64,000 nucleotides of DNA from Clostridia bacterium (GTDB taxonomy: Bacteria; Bacillota; Clostridia; UBA1381; UMGS1253), in the NCBI GenBank assembly GCA_045652745.1, contig JAZRUW010000009.1, positions 23,865 through 87,864 of the forward strand, written 5' to 3'. The translations under genes and the position numbers were made by a program. Below, piece after piece: positions 48,639 to 59,723 of this stretch (positions are counted from its first letter, which is position 1; the number at the start of each line of letters is the position of its first letter). The notes beneath the pieces were generated by a model. The model saw nothing but the letters and a program-made list of their open reading frames with translations. It made no database searches and was not told where the DNA came from.

Positions 48639-50909
48639 ATGAAGAGAACAGTTCAAATCTTAATTTTATTTATAAGCATATTGTGGATGGCGACGGCAAC
48701 GGTACAGGCTGCACCGCTTTGGGAGAGCGATACAATTGAGACCGTGACGCAGGGTGTACAACTTAGAAAACTCGACCGATTTTATCAAAACACCTGGGAT
48801 AAAATCCGCGTGTTATATATGGATTTAAACAATCCGAATTTGTCTTTGCGTGTATTAACGGCGGCAGATGGGGTATCTGCGCTTGAAACCACAATGTCCA
48901 TGGCAGAGCGCACCGGCGCGGTGGCGGCGGTCAATGGCGATTTTTTCAATGTGCGCGCCGGGCAGACCAATGCGCTCGGTATGGTGGTGCAAAACGGGGA
49001 ATATGTCGCTTCACCGTCCAAAGATGCGGGGCTGGCCGGATTTGCGCTCACGCAGGACAATGAGGCGTTGTTTGCTTATTTTACCTTTGAAGCACAGTTG
49101 ATCTCGCCGCAGGGATACACCTGTGAGTTGTACGCAGTCAACAAACTGCCGTCCATGGGCGGTGCCGTTACGATGCTGACATCTGCGTGGGGCAAGCAAA
49201 CTTATGCTCCGGCAGAAGCGACGGGGCTTGCGCAAATGGTGGTAGAGGACGGAAAGGTGTCTGCCGTTTATACGGGCGCACAGGCGATTGAAATCCCGCA
49301 GGACGGCTATGTACTGGTTACAAACAGCGAGGTCAATGGCTTTTTAACGGATAATTTTGAAATCGGCGATGCCGTTGAAATTGAGCATACGCTTTCTCCG
49401 CAGACGGAGAAACTGCGTGAGGCAACGGGCGGCGGCACGCTTTTGGTGCAAGACGGAAAAGTAGCACCGTTTACCAATACAATTTCGGGCTATTCTCAGC
49501 GTACGGCAATCGGCGTGGATAAAAAGGGTGAAACGCTGATGCTCGTTACGGTGGACGGCAGACTTGCCGAATGTGAGGGCATGAATCAGACCGAGCTTGC
49601 ACGGCTTTTGATTGAACTCGGCTGTGATACAGCGTTGAATTTAGACGGCGGCGGCTCGACTACGATGGTAGCGCGCGACAGGTATACTGGACAACTTGCC
49701 GTGCAAAATACGCTTGTAGGCAGTATGCGCAAGGTTTCGACGGCCATCGGTATTTTTGAAGATGCGCCTAAGGCGGCACTTGCCGGCATCGAAGCAAAGG
49801 TTTCGGCTTCCGCGGTAGCGTGCGGCTCTGCAGTTTCGGTGGAATATGCACTTTTCGATAAGTATTACAATCCTGTAAGTACGAAAAACAAAGTAAACAT
49901 TGCGTCAAACCGTCCGGCCAAAATTTCCGGAACGCAGATTGTGCCGTTGGAGGGCGGCGATTATGTGCTGACGCTCACTTGCGGCAAAGCAAAAACAACG
50001 CTAGAGTTTGCCAGCGTGGCAGAGTATACGGATTTGTATTTGTCTGCGCAAAGCAAGCAGATTACAGTAGGTGAGAGCTATAATTTTGCCTTGTGGGCGA
50101 CGGATGCTTACGGGCATCACGTGCGTTTGGATAACCAAACTGTAAACTGGACGGTGGACAGCGACGCATTTTCGGTGACGGACGGCAAGGTGCGTGCGCT
50201 TTCGGAGGGAAGTGCAAATGTATGCGCACAAATTGGTGATTTGAAAGCCTATGCGGCGGTGGCAACGCCATCCTCGGATTTATACAACAAACCAAATGAT
50301 GTCGGTTCTGCGCATCCGCAATATGGCGCGGGAAACGGCTATACGCTTTGTATTTCGGGGGACAGCTACGAAGAAGATACTTTGCTGAAGCGATTACTTC
50401 GTATGCAAAGAGATGAGGATTTGAAAAAGGACGGACACGTAGCATACCGTCTCGGTATTTACAATGGGGATACGGAAGCCGTGCACGCGGTGGACGGATT
50501 TACGGCGCAGAGCATTAACAACAATCTGCTCATCACCGTCAACAACAAAAACGGCGGTATCAAAAAAACGGATGCTTCGCAGTGGCCGAAATTGATAGAT
50601 GCGATTGAAAATGCCAAAGAGCACAGCATTGTGCTTTTGATGCCGAAGTCGGTCTATACCTTGGAAGAAAACGAAAAGCGTGTCTTTGATGCGGTGCTTG
50701 CGGATGCGGTGAAAAAAGGCAAAAAGGTCTATGTGGTCTATGAGGGCAGTGAAACGGAATATGCCATGACCGACGGCGTGACCTACATCGTATGCGGCGC
50801 GCTCAAAAACGCACACACAAAAACGTTTTGGACGGATGCCGAGCGGTTTGGGTATGTAAAACTGATCTTGACTTTGCAGGGCGTGAAATTCGAATTTGTC
50901 AGGGACTAA
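48639..50909 (+). CDS. Secreted phosphodiester glycosidase (NAGPA-like) family protein with Ig-like and degenerate C-terminal domains
   Basis: Signal peptide; AAVNGDFF, RTAIG, VTVDGR and ALNLDGGGST motifs. Confidence 0.85.
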   Translation: MKRTVQILILFISILWMATATVQAAPLWESDTIETVTQGVQLRKLDRFYQNTWDKIRVLYMDLNNPNLSLRVLTAADGVSALETTMSMAERTGAVAAVNGDFFNVRAGQTNALGMVVQNGEYVASPSKDAGLAGFALTQDNEALFAYFTFEAQLISPQGYTCELYAVNKLPSMGGAVTMLTSAWGKQTYAPAEATGLAQMVVEDGKVSAVYTGAQAIEIPQDGYVLVTNSEVNGFLTDNFEIGDAVEIEHTLSPQTEKLREATGGGTLLVQDGKVAPFTNTISGYSQRTAIGVDKKGETLMLVTVDGRLAECEGMNQTELARLLIELGCDTALNLDGGGSTTMVARDRYTGQLAVQNTLVGSMRKVSTAIGIFEDAPKAALAGIEAKVSASAVACGSAVSVEYALFDKYYNPVSTKNKVNIASNRPAKISGTQIVPLEGGDYVLTLTCGKAKTTLEFASVAEYTDLYLSAQSKQITVGESYNFALWATDAYGHHVRLDNQTVNWTVDSDAFSVTDGKVRALSEGSANVCAQIGDLKAYAAVATPSSDLYNKPNDVGSAHPQYGAGNGYTLCISGDSYEEDTLLKRLLRMQRDEDLKKDGHVAYRLGIYNGDTEAVHAVDGFTAQSINNNLLITVNNKNGGIKKTDASQWPKLIDAIENAKEHSIVLLMPKSVYTLEENEKRVFDAVLADAVKKGKKVYVVYEGSETEYAMTDGVTYIVCGALKNAHTKTFWTDAERFGYVKLILTLQGVKFEFVRD

Positions 50910-50953
50910 TTTGATGGGGACGGGCATAGGATAAATACGGGAGGCGTTTATCC

Positions 50954-51568
50954 ATGCAGGTCGGCGGTACTTTTTTGGACAATTATATACGGGCACATAT
51001 TCGCCTTTTGCTTTTGGCACTGTTTGCCTTTACGGCAGGGAGTGTTTGGGGTGCCGTTTACTGCGCCCGTCTGCCGCACACAGCAAACGAAGCACTCTAT
51101 GGCGCGTTTGCGGGGAGGGAAGGCTTACTTGCGGTGACGGACAGTTTCCGTATCTTTTGCGCTTCGTTTGTCAACTATCTGCGCCTGTGGGTGCTTTTGA
51201 GTTTGTGTGCCACCAGTCGGCTCGGCGTACCGTTTGCACCGATGCTTTTGGGTGTGCGTGGTTTTCTGTGCGGCTTTTCGGTTGCCGCGCTTTTTGTGCT
51301 CTACGGTCTTCCGGGAACGGGCGCGGCAGCGGCGGGAATACTGCCGCAAATGCTGCTTGCTCTGCCGGCGATGCAACTGCTTTGCTGTGTTGCCATGCAC
51401 CGCGCGCTTGCGCCGCCGACGGCGGACCGTACGCTTCGTCGCAGCCGATTTTTTGTCTACTGCATATTTTGCCTGGCAATTTTGTGTATGTTTGCGCTGG
51501 CGGCATTTTATGAGGGCTACATCGGCTGGCGCTTGATTTTAAAAATTTTATCCAACACAATTGCATAG
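50954..51568 (+). CDS. spoIIM: Stage II sporulation protein M
   Basis: Multi-TM protein with LGVRGFLCGFSVAALF and ILPQMLL motifs; directly upstream of xerD (conserved synteny). Confidence 0.7.
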   Translation: MQVGGTFLDNYIRAHIRLLLLALFAFTAGSVWGAVYCARLPHTANEALYGAFAGREGLLAVTDSFRIFCASFVNYLRLWVLLSLCATSRLGVPFAPMLLGVRGFLCGFSVAALFVLYGLPGTGAAAAGILPQMLLALPAMQLLCCVAMHRALAPPTADRTLRRSRFFVYCIFCLAILCMFALAAFYEGYIGWRLILKILSNTIA

Positions 51569-51659
51569 GTTTACATAAAATTTTCAAAAAAACTATGTAC
51601 ATTTGACAAAAAATCCTGTAAAATGGAATTAAGGATTATAAAGAGGGAGTGTATATAGG

Positions 51660-52541
51660 ATGCAAACGTACTTGGAAAATTACATACAACATCTTTCCAA
51701 AGCGCGAAAGCTGTCGGAAAATACGCTTTCTTCGTATCGGCGTGATATACAGGCCTACCTGCAATTTTTGAGTGGCCGCGGTATCACGGACCCGAAACAA
51801 ATCAATAAAACGGTTGTACTTACATATTTACTCCAAATGCAAAAACAGGGCAAAGCGGCCTCGACCGTGTCGCGCATCCTCGCGTCTTTGCGCTCGTTTC
51901 ATGCCTTCCTCGCACAATCGGGTATGGCCTCTGAAAATGTAGCGCTTGGCTTGGAAACACCGCGCGTACAGCGCAAGCAGCCGCAAGTTTTAACTGCGCA
52001 GGAAGTAGAACGTCTGCTCGATGCGCCACAAAGCACCGACCACAAGGGATGCCGTGATAAAGCGATGCTCGAACTGCTCTATGCCAGCGGCATGCGTGTC
52101 AGCGAACTGATTTCTCTCAAACTCGATGACATCAATCTTCAACTCGGATTTGTGCACTGTGGCTCTAAAAAAGAAAGAATTATTCCGCTCGGAAAATATG
52201 CAACCGATGCTATCGCCGCTTATCTTTCCGGCGCGCGTGAACATCTTTTGCATCAAAATACAACTGACGCCCTATTCGTCAACACCAATGGCAAACCCAT
52301 GACTCGCCAAGGTTTCTGGAAGCTCATTCGTTCCTATAAAACCAAAGCGGAAATTTCCTGTGAGCTTACGCCTCACACCCTCCGTCATTCCTTTGCCGTT
52401 CACCTTCTCGAAAACGGTGCCGACCTGCGCTCCATTCAGGAAATGCTCGGACACAGCGACATATCCTCTACGCAGATCTACGCGCAGATGCAAAAGAACA
52501 GAATCAAGGATATATATCAAAAATCCCACCCCCGCGCATAA
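51660..52541 (+). CDS. xerD: Site-specific tyrosine recombinase XerD (RipX-like)
   Basis: LSENTLSSYRRD, LYASGMRVSEL, HTLRHSFA and LGHSDISSTQIY catalytic motifs. Confidence 0.9.
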   Translation: MQTYLENYIQHLSKARKLSENTLSSYRRDIQAYLQFLSGRGITDPKQINKTVVLTYLLQMQKQGKAASTVSRILASLRSFHAFLAQSGMASENVALGLETPRVQRKQPQVLTAQEVERLLDAPQSTDHKGCRDKAMLELLYASGMRVSELISLKLDDINLQLGFVHCGSKKERIIPLGKYATDAIAAYLSGAREHLLHQNTTDALFVNTNGKPMTRQGFWKLIRSYKTKAEISCELTPHTLRHSFAVHLLENGADLRSIQEMLGHSDISSTQIYAQMQKNRIKDIYQKSHPRA

Positions 52542-52815
52542 AAAAATGGTGAATTTTGTGTATTACTTCGTTGCCGGTTTGGCCCGCATATAAAAATATA
52601 GCGGACAACCCACCGCCTCGTACTACACGAAAATTCCCTCATTTTTTACTTGGTGGCAAGTATAGCGACGAGGCAGCCGCCTAGCGCTGCATCCGAATTT
52701 CCTCGTTTTTTTACTTGGATGGACGTGTGAAGGGGATTGTGGAACTTGCCCGCATATAAAAATATAGCGGACAAACCGCCGCCTCGTACTACACGAAAAC
52801 TCCCTCATTTTTTAC
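52541..52815. repeat. Mosaic repeat: 107-bp imperfect palindrome, a degenerate unit, and a 68-bp direct repeat
   Basis: 52582-52649 and 52748-52815 are identical at 65 of 68 positions (period 166 bp). 52541-52647 is self-complementary. Confidence 0.85.
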
Positions 52816-52900
52816 ATATTGGCGGACAATACGAAATTTCTTTGTATACAACAGCGCTATGCTGTGAAAATAAACAATTTATACCAAGGAGGTATTTGAA

Positions 52901-53338
52901 ATGGAATTTAAAGGTTTTATGGAAAAATTTATGCAGCACGCAACGAAAACAAAAGAGGTTGTGATGCAAAAGTCCGGCGAGGTTGCCAAGTTGACAAAAT
53001 TAAAGGTAGCTATCGTATCTGCGGAAGGCAAAATTAAGGACGTATACACCGCCATCGGCAAGATTGTATACGATGCATACCGTAACGATGAGGGCGATTC
53101 GGAAGAAATCGAAGCAAAGTGCGCTGAGCTGGATACATTGCATGCAGAACTTGAACAGCTCAAAGCAGACTATGCGGCGGTGCGCAATTTAAAGGTTTGC
53201 GAAGATTGTCATGCGGAAAACGCGGAAGATGCAACCTATTGCGCGAAATGTGGTGCAGTGCTTGCACAAAAAGTGGAAGCCATGCCGGTGGAGACGGAGG
53301 CTGAAACCATCGTCGAGGTGGAAACTACGGAAGAATAA
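52901..53338 (+). CDS. Coiled-coil protein with zinc ribbon
   Basis: CEDCHAENAEDATYCAKCG motif; RBS GGAGG. Confidence 0.75.
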   Translation: MEFKGFMEKFMQHATKTKEVVMQKSGEVAKLTKLKVAIVSAEGKIKDVYTAIGKIVYDAYRNDEGDSEEIEAKCAELDTLHAELEQLKADYAAVRNLKVCEDCHAENAEDATYCAKCGAVLAQKVEAMPVETEAETIVEVETTEE

Positions 53339-53364
53339 GGGTAAAACGCAAGGCTTTTTCGTAA

Positions 53365-54900
<1,536 letters not shown>

Positions 54901-54911
54901 GAAAGTAATTC

Positions 54912-54964
54912 AAAAGACCGCAATCTCTTGGACGAGTGTTCTCAAGAGATTGCGGTCTTTTTTT
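54912..54964 (+). terminator. Intrinsic terminator with a conserved-family 12-nt loop
   Basis: 19-bp perfect stem AAAAGACCGCAATCTCTTG / CAAGAGATTGCGGTCTTTT, loop GACGAGTGTTCT. Confidence 0.85.
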
Positions 54965-55232
54965 CGTGAAATGAGAAGAGAGAATAGTGAAGAGGTACGA
55001 TGATTTTTGCAATGCAAAAATCTTGTTGATACAATTTAAAATAAAATGTCACCTTGTATGCGGATTTGGGATATATTATTTTCAAATTGCTGATGTGGCT
55101 CAAAGCAAATGAACGAATAGGCATGATTGGTCTGTTTTGCGGATTATAATTATTTTATTCGCTTATTAAAAAAGAAAAACGGCTATGCACCGTTGCAATT
55201 CCGAAAAAAATTTCCGCACGAAGTCATTAAAT

Positions 55233-55275
55233 AAAAACAGCCCTGCATCGGGGGAAGATGCAGGGCTGTTTTTTT
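55233..55275. terminator. Bidirectional intrinsic terminator downstream of noc
   Basis: 17-bp stem AAAAACAGCCCTGCATC / GATGCAGGGCTGTTTTT; T7 on the + strand. Confidence 0.8.
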
Positions 55276-55315
55276 AGGGGTATATGTATAAACGAATATG
55301 GGGCAAGCACATTCG

Positions 55316-56125
55316 TCAGAGAGGCAGGGTAATGATGTATTCTACATAAGCATCCGACTTGCTTTCTTTTAAAACTGCGGCAATACCGCTTTTTTGAATC
55401 AGGTTGACCGCCTGCTTTAAAGTATTGGCGGCGAGTTTGAAACTGCGCGTTTTGATTTGCGCGCTGCGCTTCGGCTTTTGGCCTTTTTCGGTAAGCAAGC
55501 GTTCAATGAGCGCTTCGGTTTGGCTGACATTGAGCTCGCGCGATACAATGCTTTCCAATGCCTGCATTTGCAGCTTGCAGTCTTCGCCGAGGCGCAAAAG
55601 CGCACGGGCGTGCCGCTCGGTCAGGTGATGGGCCTGCAAGCCTTTTTTGATGACGGACGGCAACTTCAGCAGGCGCAGTTTGTTGGCGATTGCACTTTGC
55701 GTTTTGCCGACACTCTCTGCAATCTGCTGCTGTGTCAGTCCGTGCAGGCGCAACAGTTTTTCGTAGCCTTCGGCCTCCTCCATGTAGGATAAGTCACAGC
55801 GCTGCAGATTTTCAATTAAAGCCAGTACAGCCATGTCTTTTTCGCCGATTTGCACTATAACTGCGGGGACGGTTTGCATACCGACAGCCTTGGCTGCACG
55901 CAGGCGGCGTTCGCCCGCGACCAGTTCGTACGTTGAGCCGAGACGTCGTACCGTAATCGGTTGCAGAATTCCGTAGCGCTGAATCGAAGCGCACAGTTCG
56001 TCCAGGGCGTCTTGTTCAAAGTGGGTTCTGGGTTGGTATGGGTTGGGATGAATGATGTCAATTGGCAAGAGAGAAATTGCCCCGACCGTTTCTGCACCCC
56101 GACTGACGGTGAGCGGTAAACTCAT
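55316..56125 (-). CDS. noc: Nucleoid occlusion protein Noc (ParB family)
   Basis: NPYQPR and GERRLRAA (ParB-N). HTH GKTQSAIANKLRLLKL...TERHAR carries the Noc-type Q/K/K/R residues. Follows rsmG. Confidence 0.8.
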   Translation of the reverse strand: MSLPLTVSRGAETVGAISLLPIDIIHPNPYQPRTHFEQDALDELCASIQRYGILQPITVRRLGSTYELVAGERRLRAAKAVGMQTVPAVIVQIGEKDMAVLALIENLQRCDLSYMEEAEGYEKLLRLHGLTQQQIAESVGKTQSAIANKLRLLKLPSVIKKGLQAHHLTERHARALLRLGEDCKLQMQALESIVSRELNVSQTEALIERLLTEKGQKPKRSAQIKTRSFKLAANTLKQAVNLIQKSGIAAVLKESKSDAYVEYIITLPL

Positions 56126-56317
56126 TGCTGCTCCTCCTTAGATGTAAAATAACAAAAAACGGCTTTCGTACTTTCCGTTTCGGTAGTCGCCGCCCCACAG
56201 TTGATAGCGGATTGTAGGCAGTTTTGTCTGCCGACAATCTAAGAATACCATATTTTGGAAAAAAGTAAAGAAAAACCGTTTCTTATGTTTCGACATATTC
56301 AATTGTTATTTTGGCAA

Positions 56318-57031
56318 TTATAAAGGTTTGTTTGCCGGTTTATTGCCGCTTCTGGGGTATTTTGTCGGCGTAGCTACAAGCTTGTCGATGAAAACTATAT
56401 TGTGTGCCAAATCCGTTCCGGAAACGTTTATGGATACTACCTCTGCCGTTTTGCCGCCCAAAATCTCGATGGCATTGGTGGCCGAGGCGAGTTCTTCTTC
56501 GACACTTGGCCCCTTATAAGCGGCCATTTTTCCGCTGATTTTCACAAAAGGCAGACAGTATTCCGACAATGTGCTTAAATTCGCAACGGCGCGGGATACG
56601 GCAAATGCGAAACGCTCTCTGTATTTGTCGTCTCTTGCCAAATCCTCCGCGCGGCTGTGCGTTAATGTCAGTTTATCGCAAAGCCCGAGCTTTGCGGCAA
56701 CCTCTTCTAAAAAACGAATGCGCTTTTGCAGGGCATCAAGCAAGGTGATGTCCAAATCCGGACGCAAAATTTTAAGTACCATGCCCGGAAAACCCGCGCC
56801 CGTGCCGATGTCAATCACCTTTGCGCCATGCGGAATCTTTTCATATGCCAGAAGCGCGGCCGAGTCTAAAAAATGCTTTTGAGCGACTTCTTGTTTATCG
56901 GTGATAGCGGTTAGGTTCATCACCTTATTGGTTTCCACCAGCATTTCATAGTAGGTTTCAAACTGCGAAAGCATCTGCTCGGTATAGGCAATATTTAATT
57001 CGTCCAGACCGGACGCAAGTATCGTTTTCAT
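56318..57031 (-). CDS. rsmG: 16S rRNA m7G527 methyltransferase
   Basis: MNLTAI, HFLDS, DIGTGAGFPG, SRAVA and YPRSG..KPL. Confidence 0.96.
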   Translation of the reverse strand: MKTILASGLDELNIAYTEQMLSQFETYYEMLVETNKVMNLTAITDKQEVAQKHFLDSAALLAYEKIPHGAKVIDIGTGAGFPGMVLKILRPDLDITLLDALQKRIRFLEEVAAKLGLCDKLTLTHSRAEDLARDDKYRERFAFAVSRAVANLSTLSEYCLPFVKISGKMAAYKGPSVEEELASATNAIEILGGKTAEVVSINVSGTDLAHNIVFIDKLVATPTKYPRSGNKPANKPL

Positions 57032-57043
57032 GGCGAGGCTCCT

Positions 57044-57883
57044 TTATTTCTGCGCGGCGCGAATGGTGTTTTTCATCAGGATGGCACGGGTCATTACGCC
57101 CACGCCGCCCGGAACGGGTGTGATGTAGGAAGCCTTTTTCTCGGCGCTTGCAAATTCGACATCGCCGACGAGCTTACCTTCTGCATTGCGGTTCATACCG
57201 ACATCGATGACAACGGCACCTTCTTTAATCATATCGCCCGTGATGAATTCGCCGCGGCCGATGGCTACAACCAAAATGTCCGCGCGGCGTGTGATTTCAG
57301 CCAAATTCTTTGTCTTGGAGTGACATACGGTAACTGTACCGTGGCGCTGCAGTAAAAGCATGGACTGCGGTTTGCCGACGATATTGCTTCTGCCGACAAC
57401 CACACATTCTTTGCCCGTAATATCAATGTTGTATTCGTCTAAAAGTTCCATAACACCGGCCGGAGTGCATGGCAGAAAATCATAATCACCAATCATGATT
57501 TTGCCGACGTTTGCCGGATGAAATGCATCTACGTCCTTTGTCGGGTCAATCGTGTCAATCACGGCTTTTTCATCCAAATGTTTCGGAAGCGGTAACTGTA
57601 CGAGCAGACCGGAAACGGTTTCGTCTGCGTTAAGTTTCTTTACCAGTGCGATTAATTCTTCCTGTGTTGTGGTTTCCGGCAGGGCAAATTCTCTCGATTC
57701 AATGCCGACTTCGCCGCAGTCACGGATTTTGCCTGCAACGTACACCTTGCTTGCCGGATCTTCGCCTACTATAATAACCGCCAAACACGGGTTAACGCCG
57801 TTTGCCTTGAGTTTTTCTGCCTCGATTGCCAGATTTTCCTTGATTTTTTTGGAAAGTGCCTTTCCGTCCATAATGATTGCCAT
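57044..57883 (-). CDS. folD: Methylenetetrahydrofolate dehydrogenase/cyclohydrolase
   Basis: [29 protein letters not shown] and TPVPGGVG. Start is ATG 57883. Confidence 0.96.
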   Translation of the reverse strand: MAIIMDGKALSKKIKENLAIEAEKLKANGVNPCLAVIIVGEDPASKVYVAGKIRDCGEVGIESREFALPETTTQEELIALVKKLNADETVSGLLVQLPLPKHLDEKAVIDTIDPTKDVDAFHPANVGKIMIGDYDFLPCTPAGVMELLDEYNIDITGKECVVVGRSNIVGKPQSMLLLQRHGTVTVCHSKTKNLAEITRRADILVVAIGRGEFITGDMIKEGAVVIDVGMNRNAEGKLVGDVEFASAEKKASYITPVPGGVGVMTRAILMKNTIRAAQK

Positions 57884-59699
57884 TTTTATCTCCTCCGTTT
57901 GGTTGTTTTCCTGGTTCGGGGCGCACCAGACAGTGCTTGCCGAAGCCAATTAAGTCCTCGCGGCCGCACAGCTTGAGTGCCTTGCGCACTAAATTGTGAT
58001 TGGCCGGGTTTTTATATTGGAGTAATGCGCGCTGCATTGCCTTTTCCTCCGGTGTTTTTGCCACGTAGAGGGTTTTGCCTGTGTAGGGATGGATGCCCGT
58101 ATAGAACATCGCGGTGGAAATCGTACCCGGGGTGGGGTAGAAATCCTGCACCTGTTGCGGATTTAAGCCGTTGTCACGCAAAAACAGCGAAAGTTCCACG
58201 GCATCTTTTAATGTAGAGCCCGGATGCGAACTCATCAGATAGGGCACAAGATACTGCTGTTTGCCTAGTTTTTCATTGATTTTATAATACTTGTCCGAAA
58301 AACGCTTGTACACGCCACCGGCGGGCTTACCCATGCAGGAAAGCACATTTTCGCTCACATGCTCGGGTGCAACTTTTAACTGACCGCTGACGTGGTGGGC
58401 GCATAGCTCGGTAAAGAACGTATCGTCCTTGTCCGCCATGATATAGTCGTAACGCAGACCGGAGCGCACAAACACCTTTTTCACGCGGTCGAGCGCGCGC
58501 AGTTTGCGCAGAAGCGACAAATAATCGCTATGGTCGGCCTCTAAGTTTTTGCAAGGTGTCGGAAACAGACATTGTCTGTTTTTGCATGCACCGACTTTTA
58601 ACTGATTTTTACACGCCGGTTTTCGAAAATCTGCCGTCGGTCCGCCGACATCGTGAATATAGCCTTTAAAGTCCGGCTCCCACGTGATTTTTTTGGCTTC
58701 GTTTAAAATAGATTCATGACTGCGTGATTGCACAATTCTGCCCTGATGGAAGGTCAGCGCGCAAAAGTTGCAGGCGCCGAAGCAACCGCGGCAACTTGTG
58801 ATGGAGAATTTTACTTCTGCAATTGCCGGAATACCGCCCTTTTCCTCGTAGCACGGATGATAGGTGCGCATATAGGGCAGGGCGTAGACCGCATCGAGTT
58901 CTTTGGTGGTCAGCGGAAGCATCGGCGGGTTTTGTACTAAAATCTTATCGTGATGCGGTTGCATCAGCCGTTTGCCGCGGATGGGGTCTTGCTCTTCGTA
59001 TTGGATGCGGCAGGCTTTCGCGTATGCCGGTTTATCCGCCGTTACGGTTTCGAAACTGTCGAGCAAAATGCCGTCAGCTGTATAGTCTTTGTCGGCGATA
59101 AAACACGTGCCGTTGATGTGCCGGATTTTCTTTACGGGGATGCCTTTTTCAAGCGCATCTGCGATTTGCACAATCTGTTTTTCGCCCATGCCGTAGATGA
59201 GCAGGTCGGCGCGGCTGTCGAGTAAAATGCTGCGGCGCACCTTGTTGTCCCAGTAATCGTAGTGGGCGAATCTGCGCAGACTTGCCTCGATACCGCCGAT
59301 GATAATCGGGATATCACCGAATGCCTCGCGAATGCGGTTGCAGTATACAATTACGGCGCGGTCCGGACGGTGGCCTGCTTCGCCGCCGGGGGAATACAAA
59401 TCTTCGGAACGCGGCTTTTTTGCGGCGGTGTAGTGGTTGACCATCGAGTCAATGTTGCCGCTGGAAACCAATACACCAAGGCGCGGTCTGCCCAGCCGTT
59501 TAAAATCATCCGTGTTTTTCCAATCCGGCTGTGCGATGATACCTACACTGTAACCGTTTGCCTCCAACACGCGCGTGATAATGGCGTGTCCGAAACTCGG
59601 ATGGTCAACGTACGCATCGCCGCTGATGTACAGAAAGTCGGGCGTGTCCCAGCCGCGTGTTTTTAAATCTTCTTTTGTAATCGGTAAAAAGTCTTTCAT
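57792..59699 (-). CDS. YgiQ-family radical SAM protein
   Basis: [30 protein letters not shown] and QVQDFYPTP. Confidence 0.93.
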   Translation of the reverse strand: MKDFLPITKEDLKTRGWDTPDFLYISGDAYVDHPSFGHAIITRVLEANGYSVGIIAQPDWKNTDDFKRLGRPRLGVLVSSGNIDSMVNHYTAAKKPRSEDLYSPGGEAGHRPDRAVIVYCNRIREAFGDIPIIIGGIEASLRRFAHYDYWDNKVRRSILLDSRADLLIYGMGEKQIVQIADALEKGIPVKKIRHINGTCFIADKDYTADGILLDSFETVTADKPAYAKACRIQYEEQDPIRGKRLMQPHHDKILVQNPPMLPLTTKELDAVYALPYMRTYHPCYEEKGGIPAIAEVKFSITSCRGCFGACNFCALTFHQGRIVQSRSHESILNEAKKITWEPDFKGYIHDVGGPTADFRKPACKNQLKVGACKNRQCLFPTPCKNLEADHSDYLSLLRKLRALDRVKKVFVRSGLRYDYIMADKDDTFFTELCAHHVSGQLKVAPEHVSENVLSCMGKPAGGVYKRFSDKYYKINEKLGKQQYLVPYLMSSHPGSTLKDAVELSLFLRDNGLNPQQVQDFYPTPGTISTAMFYTGIHPYTGKTLYVAKTPEEKAMQRALLQYKNPANHNLVRKALKLCGREDLIGFGKHCLVRPEPGKQPNGGDKNGNHYGRKGTFQKNQGKSGNRGRKTQGKRR

Positions 59700-59723
59700 A
59701 TTATGCTTCCTTATTGTACGTCC

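Noticed and set aside
51568-51603. Chromosomal dif site
   Set aside because: The spacer is 14 bp rather than about 6 bp and there is no XerC-type arm; kept only as a possible operator.
52582-52815. 68-bp direct repeats as a CRISPR array
   Set aside because: Only two copies, too long for CRISPR repeats, the spacer is itself a degenerate repeat unit, and there are no cas genes in the window.
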